Below are positions 31,787-46,920 of a DNA stretch of 64,000 nucleotides, one piece after another. The notes under the pieces were generated by a model that was not told the DNA's origin, searched no databases, and saw nothing but the letters and a program-made list of their open reading frames with translations. Origin of the DNA: the human T2T-CHM13v2.0 reference genome, Homo sapiens. The position numbers and the translations under genes were made by a program. The DNA lies in NCBI RefSeq assembly GCF_009914755.1, contig NC_060933.1; one strand, 5' to 3'. Each line of letters opens with the position of its first letter. Within the stretch, counting starts at the first letter, position 1.

Positions 31787-32014
31787 AAGAACAAGTGAAA
31801 AGAGTAGAGAATACAATTTATAGCAGGAAAAAGTGAGTTTTTTCAAACAAATGGGAAACAAAATAAAAATTGATCCTTGATTCTACAACTCAGAAATAAA
31901 CTGCTATTAAGAATTTATTATATCCATCTAGTATTTTTTACAACATATACATTTTGAGGTTGTTTCTTTCTTGCATATATTGTTATTAAAACAGGATTAC
32001 ATTATACCTGATAG

Positions 32015-32614
<600 letters not shown>

Positions 32615-33704
32615 TAAGAGTGAGTGGATACTATCCCACACTTAATGAGAGACACAGGCATTATTCAAAGAATCACATTAACAAAAAAAAAAAATCAAAA
32701 AATGGACTACATGACTAGGAAAAAAAAGGAATATAATCATATGAAAGCATCTCATAAAATAATCTGGAAGAATGAAGAGGTGGGTGGCACGTGCAAAGGC
32801 AGTGCAGGAGGAAAGACAGCAGAGGTCAGAGGCGAAAGACAGCAGAGGTCAGAGGCAAAAGACCATCTGACTGGACCTCAGAGAACTTGGGCAGAGAATG
32901 GCGTCTCTGCACTTTTATGAGTGTTTCAATCACATATTTAACAAATATGTATTAAGCACATATCAAATGCACGGAACTGTGCTAGGTGCTGCTGATTCAG
33001 CAAGAACAAAGACATGATCCCTGCCGCCTCAAAAGCTTGCATTCTAGCAGAGCAAATTCTGCAGGGTGGAATTGCTACAGGAAAGACAATATGCCCTTTA
33101 AATTTTGTTACCTGCTGCCAACCTGTCCACTCTGGGATGTACTCAGCCCTTCCAGAGTCCACCTGTTCACCAAGTTAACAGAGTACTCAAAGCTATTTCT
33201 TGACTCAATCAGGTCTCCTTGGCCTGACACAGTTACTAAGTCAATCAGTAATCCTGGAGTCTTTGAGATATCTAAGACTGCTGAGCTGTTCTCATACTTG
33301 TGGTATATGTCTCATACTTGTGGTATACGTCTAAGTTTCAATAAGTAGGAAATTTAGAATGTGGAGGCCAGAGGTATTCCACATTCTAACAGAAACACAT
33401 GTACGAATAACACAGTCAAAAAAGATCCTTCTGTCACTCCATCAGGAGACACTAAGATATTTTACTGCAATAGAAGCTTATTGCTAAAATGAGATTTAGA
33501 GCTCATCTGGAGATTTTAATTATTCATGTTATCAATGTTCTCCATTTTCATGGAAAACTGTGGGATAACTATACGGAATCTCACTACCAGTAGGGCAGGC
33601 TGATAATATCTACTTGTGGTTAGATACTGGGTGCACAGACAATTCTTTTATTCATCTCAGGTTCACTCCCTTTCACTAATTCCTAATTATCTACACTCCA
33701 TGCA

Positions 33705-33823
33705 GTGGAGATGGGGCCTCGCTATGTTGCCCAGGCTGGACTCCAATTTCTAGGATCAAACTATCCTCCTGCCTCAGCTTCCCAAAGTATTGGGATTACA
33801 GGTGTGTGCTACCACACCTGGCT
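33705..33823 (-). mobile_element. FLAM/AluJ left monomer
   Basis: Monomer reverse complement flanked by ctccatgcagt on both sides. Confidence 0.8.
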
Positions 33824-34852
33824 TCTCCATGCAGTTTTTTTCCTTCATGTTTTCCCACAATCCTTACTCCCATTCTCCACTTACTTACCCTTCTTTCTTG
33901 GCAGAAGACCGTACCAGTTCAGACAAAATTGACTAGCACTGTCTGTTAAAAGCCGCCTTCTTCTCAAAACCTTAAACTTCACCAATTCTCTGCTTGCTCC
34001 CAACAGTTTCAAAGCAATGAGTGTCCTGCTTCTCCATTTCTTTGTATTTTATATTGCTTGTATACTGTCAAATAGTTTCCCTCTTTACCAGCAAATTTCC
34101 ACTGACCAACAAACACACTCGGTTCTCTCCTGAAGTTAAAGAACCAAACAAGCAAACCAAAATAAAAATACTTGCTTGAATCCTCAAGCTGCCATTTCTC
34201 TTCCATGTCCATCCTTTCACTCCGGCTCCTCACTCATGGTCACGATCTTGCTTCCAGGAAGTACCACACTCTCACACCACCTGTGTAGTACCCGATAGTA
34301 GTACCACACTGTCACACTCTCATGCCACCTGTATTCCAAAAACACAAACTCCTATCACATCTGTTTCCTGCCCAAGGGCTCTTGGGCAGCCTCCACAGTG
34401 GTTAGAATCAATCTCCAGGATGTGGAATTGGAGGCTCTTTACAATACAATTCCCCTACACCTTTACAGCCTTATCTCTCACCACAAAACCTGGCCCATCT
34501 GTGTATTTAGTCCCTAAATTACTCAACTTTCCTGGGACTGTTCCTGTACTTTCTTACTCTCTGCCTTCACTCTGCTCCCACTCTCATTCATCTGTCCAAA
34601 CCCTCCCATCTTCAAGAGCAGTACAGATACCATCACCTGGCAGAGCCGTCCTGCCTCTTCCTCCTTAGGCCGAGCTGGAGCTACTCTTTCTCTTAGGCTC
34701 CCTCAATGTCTTATAAGTGTCTGTGCCCTCACAAAATGGCACATACCTTGGGGGCAGAGAACCTTACTCTCCTCTGCATTCCTCACACAGCTACCCTAGA
34801 AATCCTGGTTTGAACGCTACCATCCTATACTTTTACAGTTTCAGTCTAGTTA

Positions 34853-35214
34853 CAGTCTCAGTCCTTCTGGGTTGCTATTTAAAAATTCCATAAACTGGGT
34901 GGCTTATAAACAACAAACATTTATTTCTCACAGTCCTGGAGGCTAGGAAGTTCATGATCAAGGCACAGGCACACTCAGTGTCTGCTGAGAGCCAGTTTCT
35001 TAATTAATTGATGGCAGCTTCTTGCTGTGTCCTCACTGAGTAGAAGGGAACTAGCTTCCTTCGGCCTATTTTATAGGAGGACTAATCCCCTTCATGAGGG
35101 CTCCACCTTCATGACTGAATCACCTCCCAAAGGCCCCGCCTCCCAATACCATCACCTTAGGGGTTAGGATCTCAACATACAAATTTTGATGGGACACACA
35201 TTCACACCATAACA
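34853..35214 (-). mobile_element. MLT1A-like solo LTR (ERVL-MaLR)
   Basis: aaactgggtggcttataaacaac..atttatttctcacagt.ctggaggct..aatcacctcccaaaggcccc..accatcacctt.ggggttaggat..accataaca, with agttac on both flanks. Confidence 0.85.
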
Positions 35215-36839
35215 AGTTACCTAACTCTTCTGAATTTATATTTATCATAAATAGGGTTACTAATGCCTCCACCTCTTAGCATTACATTAAAACTCACTGG
35301 CTGATGTAAAATGAAACTTTCAGAATGTTCTTACACCTTAAACAAGTTATAAATTTGTAAAAATATATTTGTAAGGAGTATTTTGTTTGCTTTTCACTTG
35401 TTATCATAATAATTAATTTCCAAATATTTCATCTGATGAAGAATATCATTTTCTCTTACTTGTGGTATATGTCTGAGTTTCAACAAGAATGCTTTTCAGT
35501 ATGATTACTTTGGCAATTAGCACTAGCATCCTCCTTAATCTAAAATCCCACCTTTGTTGCTGACTTACATAATAAAAGCCTTGCTTACAAAGTTGAGAGG
35601 AATGTCTTAACAGATTATGACATTACAAGATGAGATACTTGGTTTGACATGGAATATCAGCTAAAATATTTAGTTTTAAAATACTAAAAAGGAAAACAAG
35701 AATGCTAAAAATAATAAAGGAAGAAAGATCAAGATGGTTTTCATAAAATCAGGAATCCACAAACTGTTATTGATAATGAGTTCTGGTCTTAGTCTTCAGA
35801 ACAGGGTTTACAAAACCTAACCCAAGTTAGAAAAATGAACGCCAATTTGTTTTTGTACAAAACAGGATAAATTTGAATGGAGGCTGCAAAATTTCACCCA
35901 AGTTTGACCTTAATGGTCCTAGAGAGTGTGCAACTGCTTCCCAATCAGCCAGTGCAGCTTTCTTAACCATAAGCTATGGTAACTGAGTTAGCCTATTTCA
36001 CAGCTTTCTTTTACTTCACGTATTCCTTCAACATGCAAGCTGGAGTTTCTGCTTTAACAATTTTGCAATTTGGGCCAGGCCTTAGTATCACAGGGAACTT
36101 ATAATCTTAGGAGTAAGTAAAATTTGTAGCTGTCATCAATCTCCAAGCAGGTGTCAATGGTCTGTTAGATGAAGAGGTGAGCAAAGCCTGGAAGAAGTGC
36201 CTGGTATCTCAGCTAATCAGGGCAGGGGTGGGAAGAGCTCATGAGCAACACAGGTCGTTAGAAGAGGTCAGCCCAGAATGGCAGGATCTGTACTTGTGGA
36301 GGAGAAGCAGACTAGATAAACAAGATTAAAGTTTGAGGAGCCCCAGATCCCACTCCATAAGTGGACTTGGTCACAGACTCAGGCTGCAAGGATGGACCTG
36401 AATGCCCAGCTGCCTGATGGAAGCTATTCCCTAGAGAAGGCAGCATGGGTGTTGGACGCTAGAGATGCCTCATCCTCACTTCATCCTCACTCTGCAACCT
36501 GAATTGTATTTCACCTCACAAAGCCTCAGTTTCCTTACTTATGCAAGGGAGAGGATAGAAGCAGGGACTGTAAGGAGGAAAATGGAAAATGTTTAAGTGT
36601 TTAAAGGAAGATCCTAGAACATCTCAGTGGGAACAGACAGCCCAGTAAGGGTGAGCTCTCACTAAATGATAATTCCCTTCCTTTCCCCAGGGGCTAAAGG
36701 TGACTCCTTCCAGGCAGGCTCTATCTGGTTGACAGGCAGGCAAGTGATTCTCCTGTGGGAAGCTGAGAGTAAAAAGGGTGAGAAGCAAAATAATTTCTGA
36801 CACTAGCATTTCTAGTCCAAACCTTTCATTAAAGCACAA

Positions 36840-36897
36840 GTGTGTGTATGTATGTGTGTATATATACATATACACACACACACATATATATACACAC
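36840..36897. repeat. Mixed (TG)(TA)(CA) microsatellite
   Basis: tgtgtgtatgtatgtgtgtatatatacatatacacacaca... Confidence 0.85.
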
Positions 36898-37386
36898 CTT
36901 ATTTTAAGTGGAGAGGAAAAAAATGCTCAAAAGTGAACTGCCAGTTTTCTAACTGCCACTCCAGGGCTGTGTGTGACTTCTGGGAGGTCACCTAAAACCC
37001 GTGCCTGTTTCCTCATACCTGACAGCCAGGCTACACATACCTTCCATATTTTAGGGAAACCCTAAAACACACAAAAAAATCTTGTGAAATCACTCTCAAA
37101 ACAGGCAAAATGTAAATGCCCTTACAAGGATGTGATGGGATGCCTTTTGGAATTTCCATATCAACTTGGATAATTTGGCTTTCTGGCAAGCTGGATCAGA
37201 CTTGCTGATCTTAGATAAAGCCCAGCCCTTTTGCCTGGTAGGCTGAACACTTGCTAGAGCAAGTGTGTGGAAGATTAATGATCTATCCTGCATCTACTTG
37301 GATGATAAGCTTGCTCTCTTGTACCACATTTTGGCATACTTACACTTTTAGTTTAGCAAAAAGCTGACTGTGGAAACTGTAAATAA

Positions 37387-37747
<361 letters not shown>

Positions 37748-38907
37748 CTGTTTATGTTTTAAGAATAAAGTTCACATAATAATTAGTGCTTAGGTAAAAT
37801 AATTAGCAAGTCTTTTGGGTTGATCCAAATTAAAGCTGGTGTAGCCTAACATTCTTTTCAGTTTCTTTGACTCCAAAATGCTGAACCACATCAACATGTT
37901 TGAAAACGATGCAGCTATTATTTTTTGTATAAATTGGTCAGAACAATGCTTACAACAGCTAGATTCTATATGGGATCATTTTAAAGGAGACACACGAAGA
38001 AACACACACACACAGAGGAAGAAAATACAAAATATAATAAATTATACAAAAGTGAAATGGCAATAAGAAAATTTCTGGTTTGTCTGTAATAGTCTATTGT
38101 TCAACTAAAGAAAACTAATTCCTCCCTCCCAAAATGACTTTTTGTGATAAAAAAGTTTTCTCTGTGTTCAGAAGTTAAGAATGGCCCTAATTTCAAGTAC
38201 TCATCCTCTATTACCAAGAAATAAAATTAAGTTAGATGTTAAGAAAGGCAAATCCAGAAGTTGCCCATTCATTGAATGTGGAACTTGGAACATCGCTGAG
38301 TTATCAGATATACTTAAAAGATTCATAACATTACCATTAATAGAAATTTTTACAATTATTAGTACTGCTATTATAGTAACAATTCCTGTTTTTACAACTA
38401 CAAAACCACGCCTATGAGTATTACTATTGTTCTAATAATCTGATTAAAATCAGAGCTGGGCTACCTTTCTCAAAAGACAGTCTAAGGCTTACTGGATTAG
38501 AGTCTCTGGTGGCTGGGCTCAGGTGTCTGCATGGTAATTAAGCCCCCCAGGTGATTCCAAAGCTTATCACTGCTTCAGGCTTAGGGGAAATCTTTTCAGA
38601 CTCTACAAAATGAAAGAATAAAATTTCAAAATTTCTCTTTTAAAGCATGCAGTGGGGCTGTAATATTTTACACTGTCAGAAAACTGCATGAGATAACTGC
38701 ACAGGAACATGGGGCATAAACTTGCTTATTCTCACTTAAAAGTTGATCATACACTTGGAGATAATTCAACCTGAAGCCTTTAGCTGTCAATGCCATTAAA
38801 TACTGCTTTCATATTCAGAAAAATTCTGTCCAAATGATTCTTGAAAGAGTCCTTCAGGATTGCCAGCACTTACGGAAACATTTGCTCTTCAACAAAACTT
38901 ACTTTCT

Positions 38908-39219
38908 AAGCTGGAAGCCATCATCCTCAGCAAACTAACACAGGAACAGAAAACCAAGCACCGCATGTTCTCTCTCATAAGTAGGAGTTGAACAATGAGA
39001 ACACATGGACACAGGAAGGGGAACATCACAAACTGGGAGCTGTCAGGGGGTGGGAGACAAGGGGAAGAAGAGCATTAGGACAAATACCTAATGCACATGG
39101 GGCTTAAAACCTAGATGACAGGTTGGTTGGTGCAGCAAACCACCATGGCACATGTATACCTATGTAACAAACCTGCACATTCTGCACATGTATCCCGGAA
39201 CTTAAAGTTAAAAAAAAAA
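38908..39219 (+). mobile_element. 5'-truncated L1PA 3' end
   Basis: ctggaagccatcatcctcagcaaactaacacaggaacagaaaacc...gcagcaaaccaccatggcac..aacttaaagt followed by poly-A. Confidence 0.92.
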
Positions 39220-41884
39220 TAATTTCTAAATAAAATAACCAATGCAACTGATACTACCTGACATGTAATTAGTATCTCCAGAACAACCTAAGATAACAGC
39301 CCCAGTTTAATGATTTGAAAATATCTTAATCTCTGGAATGAATATAGAGGAAATTTTACAGCCAAACGTTTATGAAATGAAGTACATCATCAGTATTCAA
39401 AAATGTAGATTAAAGTATCACTTTCACCAATTAGATTGGAAAGACCTAAAACACTAATAAAACTGAGTTGGTAACGACGTGGTAAAAACAGGCAAGTTCA
39501 GATGCCACACAGTAATCTGGTATGATCTTTCTGGATGGCAATTGAATAATCTTTATCAAAAGCCTCAAAAATGTGTGTATTTTCTGACCCAGCAATTCCA
39601 TTGCTAGCAGTTTATCCTGCAAGGATGTTCATTATGGCACAAGTGAGAAAACAACTCAGAAAAAAGTACTTGTGATATATACTCGATTAAAAAAAATCAC
39701 TATTTTGTATATAAGTCCATACTCTCTTACTTATTAACTGAAATCTCCAAATTTCCAAGAACTGAAAAGACTTTTTTTGTAATTAATTTATGGGAAATGT
39801 AACCTGCTGCAAAGCTATTTACAATCTTCATTTGTTCCACTAATTGCAAATATTAACATACTTTGCTGCTAAAATGTTAATGTATTTGATTACACAGTAC
39901 AACTCCAAACCTCAATGGGGGTTTTCTCACATTATCTTTCTACAATCTAAGAAAACTGTCCCAAGAAGTTTTAGATGTGGGACAGTGAACCTACATTTGT
40001 ATGTGCAAAGTTAAATCTCAGTATGTGAATATACCATAAAATCCAGTGGCTTTCTCACACAGTGAGATTACAAGTGATTTTTTCCTTCTTCTTTTGCTTT
40101 TCTATGTTATCTGAATTTTTACAATGAACATATTTATCTTTATATTTATAAAATGTTTTTCTATTTGAGAAAAAGAAAAAAGGATCTAGTATTTATGGAA
40201 ACAAGCTTCTTAATTTCAAGTGTACAGCTATGTTCACATACCAGAGGTGTTTCATAATTCATGGGCAAGTTATTTTTCTGCTGCATAAGCTTTCCAATCA
40301 CTTTCTTGATTTGTGACCAAGTTTTTCATAGAGTTGTGCATTTCATTATCCCAAGACTGCAGTGGTAATTAAGATGCCTTCCCTGGCTCCTAACAAAGAT
40401 ATCGCCATGGGAAATGGTCAGAAAATGGACAAACACCCAGCACTGCCAGATGCATCACTACATGCACCAACCCAGAACAGCAGGAAAGGAGGCAAAGAAA
40501 GGGAAATAAGGAAAGAAAGAAAGAATATATGAGCTTTCCTATAGAAACTCTGCCTTGACTGCACATTAAAGAACTAAATAATTTTGTTAAGTATCTTGCC
40601 TCTCCAATGAGACTGCAAGTCCCCATAAGCAAAGTACATGTCTTACACTTCCTCTGGCTCGAAGAGAAATGAAAAATACTTGGTGGCATTTTAAAAATTA
40701 TTTAAGTCGATGTGAAGTGTGTGGATTAACAAAAAACATAAAGAACAAGTAAAAGGAGTGTACAGTCAAGAAGGAGAAATCAAATAGGTGGTATCAGAGT
40801 TAAAAGTTTAAAAGATCCATAATAATAGTGGTATCATGTAATCGGCTCTCTGATTAAATACTGACTCATTCATTCCATAGTATTTACTGAGCCTAACTGT
40901 GGGTCAGGCCCTTTGCTAGGTCCTGGGGACACAGCAGTAACTTTAGCTGGCTGAAGTGGTGGAAAGACAGCTGGAGTGGCCACAGGTAACTGCATTTACT
41001 CTTTTGCACAAGAAAATTAAATACATGTGTCCTAGGTGCCAAAGGTGTTTATGGAGTCAAGTATACGAGCTGCCTTTAGGGAATTAAGCCTAATTCTGGG
41101 TTGGGCTTAATCCAGCCCCATAAACTTAAAAATTGAGTTATTTGGGGCAGGTATTTTAAACATTTTTCATCTGTAGAATTAGAACACTACTACTTACCTC
41201 ACATTTTGGAGCACATTAAATGAAAAAGGCCCAGAAGTGGTTGGCTAAAGTTATTTCTCTCCCTTTTTCTTCTGTCCCTTTGCCTCTTTCGTTATTCGAC
41301 TATCTGCCTCCTTCCTTACCTTACAAACACCCTGCAGTCAAGGGAAAAAAGTTAAGACTCCTTTATCTCAGCAGTGACAGAAATCCATGAACCCCTTCAG
41401 AAGGGCCCCCACTTTCATTGACATTCTGATGCCTTAAATCCTACCAGAGGCCAGCCACTGCTCCCAAGAAACCACTGTTGCACCGGATCATGGAACCCAA
41501 GTCTCATTCTTGGATCATAGCCTCTTGTATGTCTTTAAACAATAAGCAATTTCTTCTCAAATACTGTGCACTTTCCCCAAACAGATATACATTTCTCCTG
41601 ACCTAGCACTTTCTGGGAAGAATTCAACAACCATTTAGTAGACACTGACTATGTTGATGTTATTGTCCCAAAAGTTTTGCATCTATATATTGTCATTAAT
41701 GCTCACACTAACCATACAAAGTGAATACTATTATCTCCTCACATTTCCGACAAGGCATAGCATGGAGAGTTTAAATAATTTGCTGAATGTCTCATGGCCA
41801 AAATCCTATTGAAGTATTTTCTGGGATCTTCTCTCCAAAAGGTAGCCTACTGGTGATTTCATATTGCCTCTGGTGGCAGAGAGT

Positions 41885-42045
41885 CAGTTACTTCCAAGAG
41901 GCCTTTACTTTGGGCTGCTTCAGCATCAGCTTGTGAGGAAAGCAGAATCTCAGGCCCACCCTGGATCTACTGAAATACAAATATGCATTTTAATGAGAGC
42001 CTCACATGATTTGTATACATATTCAAGTTCGAGAAGCAATACTCT
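41885..42045. mobile_element. MER5-type hAT MITE
   Basis: gcagaatctcaggcccaccc..ctactgaa..tgcatttta..tgatt..aagttcgagaagca. Confidence 0.7.
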
Positions 42046-45000
42046 AGAACACAAAATCAATGTTCTCAACCTCACATTCAGTTAGGAAGACCCAAAGCTG
42101 TCATCACTGGAATATGTGGCACTTCTGTGCATATGAGAATAATGTACCCACCTCTCCACTTTCTGTTTATAGAGTCTGGCAAAAAGAGAGTGCTGTAGAG
42201 AGAAAAAGGCACCCCTTCCTCTGGGCCACCATTCTCCTCCATGGCTGGCAAAAACTGCACAACACTGATACACGCCACCCACAAAGCATATGGTATTGAT
42301 TATTTTATGCCAAGGATCAAGGTCAACTGAAAGGTGAATCTAAAAGTATTTTAATCCGCAACTTTAGTGAGGTACTTTGACTGCAGTGTTCCATTAATAC
42401 AATCAAACAGCTACATGATCTCATCCTGTTGCCATCCACCAGCTGCCCAGTAGATAGTAAAATGGCTAGAAGACGGTCAAGAGAAGAAAGACTAGGCTAG
42501 TGCCTTAGAGAATGCACACACAATCACCTAATTAACTGAACTCTTACCACAGAAGCACTGTTTTTAAGGACGTTTCACCACCTCACAGGGAGGCCAATAT
42601 CGACAACACTCAGTACAGTCTTCTTTTTAGTTCAAAACCGTTATACTTTTTACCACAAAGGAAGTGTGCACATTGACAGAAGCAGATAACCTACCAGCCA
42701 ATCCAATACTACTGCTCATCTCAGCGGGGATATCACATTTCTTGATATATGCCAGTCCTTTCAGTTACATTTCAGTTTTAACAAATAACACAAGATAGTA
42801 AAAAAAAAAAAAACAACAACTGCATATGCATCTTACAAAGTGGTAGCAACAACTTAAAGGTATCTTCTTAACAAATTCACTTTAAGAAACATAAAATCAG
42901 GAAAATAAAGGTGGTAAAAGTATACATTTATACGGGAAAAGCCAAAATGAGTAACTGCAGCTATTAATGAAGAGCTTATTTTTTTCTCTCCTGAAAGGAA
43001 AAGTATCATAATATAACATGAAATGACACAAAAAGTCATTTTTTAAAGTGCATTTCTTGCTGATATTCATGTTTGGATATACATGCTTGTACTAATGAAA
43101 ATCATGAGTAGGTTAACAACATACTATTTAAAAACATAATTGCATAGCAGGTGTAAGTAATTTAGGGCAAAACAATATAATAAAGAATAAGACTACAATT
43201 CCTGAGAAGCAACAAGTTTTTAGGTTTTGATACATGCTATTAAAATGAAGGAAACTATTGCTTTGCTAAATATTAAGTAAGCACTACCCTGATTTTCTAC
43301 AATAGCAAAAACTAAGTGCATCACTGAGATGACTTCTCCAGTGGCGTAAAAATGAGAAGGAAATGCCCCAGCATTTCTCATATCCTCCCTCGACCTCCAT
43401 TCAGGCATTCACTTTCCTTGGCTCCAACAAATATATTCTGCCTAACTGAAAATAGATGCATTGTTTTAAAATTAACAAGGGAAAACAATACATTACTTGG
43501 TTTAAAAGAACAAGGAAAGTATTCATCTGATGCTTTGCCAGGAGTTAACCAAGAACAGCCAAATGACCAGCTTCACAACTTCCTACTAAAATGCGTTAAA
43601 CTATGCCACATGTGTTTTATATGGTGGCTGTCAATTCCTGGTCATTCTGCGCAGGTTTGTCTAAGCAGCTGAGAGCAGTTTAGAGACAGGCTGCTAAAGC
43701 AGAGTTCGCTCATGTGTTTGGACCAATCAGTAATGTTCCTTAGAGTGCTATTTTTTTTTTTTAATCAGCCATATCAGTTTCTGTTGACTACAACATAGGA
43801 GATACTTAGCAAACATTTGCTGAATGACTAAAGAACATCATCTCCATTTAACAATGGACAACACTTTCAACTTTTCCAGACTATGTAATTCTCAAAACAC
43901 ATTGTGAACTAGGCATTAGAATCACCACTATTTTAGAAATAAGAAAACTGGAATTCAGAGACATTAATTTGCTTAACACCACACAACAGTTTTGTCGTAG
44001 AGTATGTTTCAAACCAAGTTGTGTATGACTCCAGTAGTTGTGTTCTTGTGTGTATACCACACAGTACACAAAACCCATCACAGTCAACAAGTGTTCACTC
44101 GTTAATTCATTCAACAGAGTAGAACCATATGTCAAATACTGAACTAGGTTTAAGTAATTAAGGCCCAATCTCTGCCCTCAAGTGTTAATTTTCTTCCTTT
44201 CATCCAATTTTAAACGATTTGGATTAGCTAAAGATGAACTGAGCTGTGGCTGTGGAAGCTGTGCATGAGCTGAAGACAAGCTGAGCTAGGTTACTTTGAG
44301 ATGAGATGAAAAACAATGCAGATAGGCCACCAAGCATAAGCTGGGGGAACATTATGCAAAGACAGTCACTGCATGTGTACAATTTAGAGATAATGCTGGA
44401 CGTCCATCAGTTTTATTCCCACATACATATACAATGTAGTGTCCAAAGGTCATTGCTGGCATACATGAGTGTGTGTATACGTGTGTATGTGGATACATGT
44501 TTACAGTTGCACCTGTGCTTAATGCCCCTACTTTACCACAGTGAGCTGCTTCCCATTATCTGCATTAGGCACAAATGAGTAATAATTTTACATACCAGGA
44601 TTAAAATACTATAGTTAATAAAAGGGCAAAATCAGCTTTCATTACCTTCTGACGTAACTTTAACTCTCATATTGAGCCACACGAATTGGTCTACTCCCAA
44701 TAGCTTGAGATCATAAAACACAAAAAAAGAAAACCCAGGTAAGCCTTTTCAATCTAAATGCTACAGATGGTGAAGATAAGAAACTCGAAGGGATTCTGAT
44801 GCAAAATCCGGTGCTGTAGAGCCATGTTGGCCCAAAAAGCGATTTGTGGAAGGGGAATTTGGTAGAACTCCATTGCACTCAGTGTCCAGCTCCAACTCTT
44901 GTTAGAGGAAATGCTTAAAGTGAGAAAGAACATCACTGAATAATAATGAAGCCACCATCACCCTTCATAAATAAGGACACTGATCTAAAAAAGAAAACCG

Positions 45001-45109
45001 TATTATCAAACTAGGAAAAATAAAAGTCCTTTTACTAAGCTATGCAGCTAACACAGTCTGGATAAGGAAATAAACCGAGGCCTCAAGAAAAAGGAAGATG
45101 TCTGCATTA

Positions 45110-46920
45110 GAGAGAACAATTAACACATTTGGATTAACCCTAGGAAATCTACCTGCCAGTTAAAAAAATGCTCTTCTTTAAAAGTACACAGGAATAAATT
45201 CAGCTCTTGTGCAATCCCAAAGAAGAAAAACAACACTGAGTGACTTCTACTGCTGCCCAATATTAAAACATTGCAAAGCTCAGTCATTAATAGAGCACAG
45301 CAGTGGCACAAAGATATACAAAATAGATCAATGGAACAGAATGGAGAGTCCCGAAACAAACTCAAACATATACATTCACTTGATTTGTGACAAAGGTGAC
45401 ACTGTATTGCTCTGGGTAAAGGATGGTCATTTCAATAAATGAATTGGGTTAATTAGATATCCAGATAAAAAACATAAAAACTTGGCCTTTACCTTATACC
45501 ATACTCTATAATCCACCTGAAATGGATTTTAGATCTGAATGTAAAATGTAAAACAATAAAGAACTTCGAAGAAAATCCAGCAAATTATCTACATGACCTT
45601 AAGTAGGCAAAGATTACTTTAAAAGGACACAAAAAAGCAATTATTAGAAGGGGAAAAAATTATAAACTGGGCTATCTTACCATTGAGAACTTTCACTGAA
45701 AGAACCATTAAGAAAACAAAAAGCCACAAAACAGACATCTGTAAGCCATTTACTCAACAAAGATGTATGTCCTTAATATAAAAGGAACTCCTACAAAACA
45801 ATGAGAAATCAGACAAGCCAATGGAAAAAGGGTAAAAAATTAATGTATTTTATAAGAGATAACCAAATAGCCAGTAAACATATAAAAAAGTGCTCAGGAT
45901 GCTTAGTTATCAAAGAAATGCAAATTCAAACAACAATGTGATACCACTATCCAGCCATCAGAATAGCCAAATTAAAAAGACTACTGGGTGAGGTGGTACA
46001 CCCCTGTAATCCCAGCTGTGGTGAAAGGACTGCTTGAGCCCAGGAGTTCTTGACCAGCCTGGGCAACATAGCTGAGACCCAGTCTCAAACACAAACCAAA
46101 ACTAGTAATACCAGCCATGAGAATAACTAAAACAAAAAGAATACCAAATGCTGTTGTCAAGGATGTGGAGCAACTAGAACTCTTACAGCTTGTGGGAATG
46201 TAAACTGGTATGATCACTCTGGAAAACTCATTGGCAGTATCTACGTACTAAAACTGATTATATGCATACTTTCTGACTCAGGAATTCCAAATGCTAGATA
46301 CATACTCCAAAGAAATGCAGACTTATGTTCACCAAAGACAGGTACAGGAATGTTTATATTTGCAGTATTTTTATCAGCCAGAAATGCCCAAATTTATAAT
46401 AGGATATAATTATATATATATATAATTATAACAAATTATAGCATATTTATAAAATAAAATGTCATACAATTGTACTGTCCAGTACAGTAGCTGCTGGTCA
46501 CATGTAAATTTAAATGTAAATTAATAAAATTAAATGAAAGTAAAAATTGAGTTCCTCAGTTACACTAGGCACATTTCACAACTCAATAGTCACATGCAGC
46601 TAGTGGCGACTGTATTGGACAGAAGAGATAGAAAGCATTTTTATCACCACAGAAAGTTCTGTGAGGCACTGCTATTACATAGCAATGAGAATAAAGGAAT
46701 TACAAGTTAACAACGTGGGTGAATTCCACAAACACAATGTTGAGTAAAATAAACCAGAGACAAAGGAATATATATTTTGTATGCCTTCATTCATACCAAG
46801 ATCAAATACTAACAAAACTAATCTACGTTACCAGAAGTCAGGATAGTGGTCATCCTTCGGAACTTGGGAGTATTGACTGGAAGGGAGCATGAAGAATCTT
46901 CTGAGGTTATGGTTATATTG
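45110..46920 (+). mobile_element. Old L1M (ORF2 end/3'UTR) fragment interrupted by a FLAM (~45985-46100) and a MER3-like element
   Basis: atagatcaatggaacagaatggagagtcc, aatgcaaattcaaacaacaatg and tcactctggaaaac motifs. No intact ORF. Confidence 0.8.
46472..46672. mobile_element. MER3/MER33-like hAT-Charlie MITE
   Basis: ctgtcca..acagtagc..cacatg..agttcctcagt.acacta..cacattt..cacatg..gctagtgg..ctgtattggacag. Confidence 0.7.
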
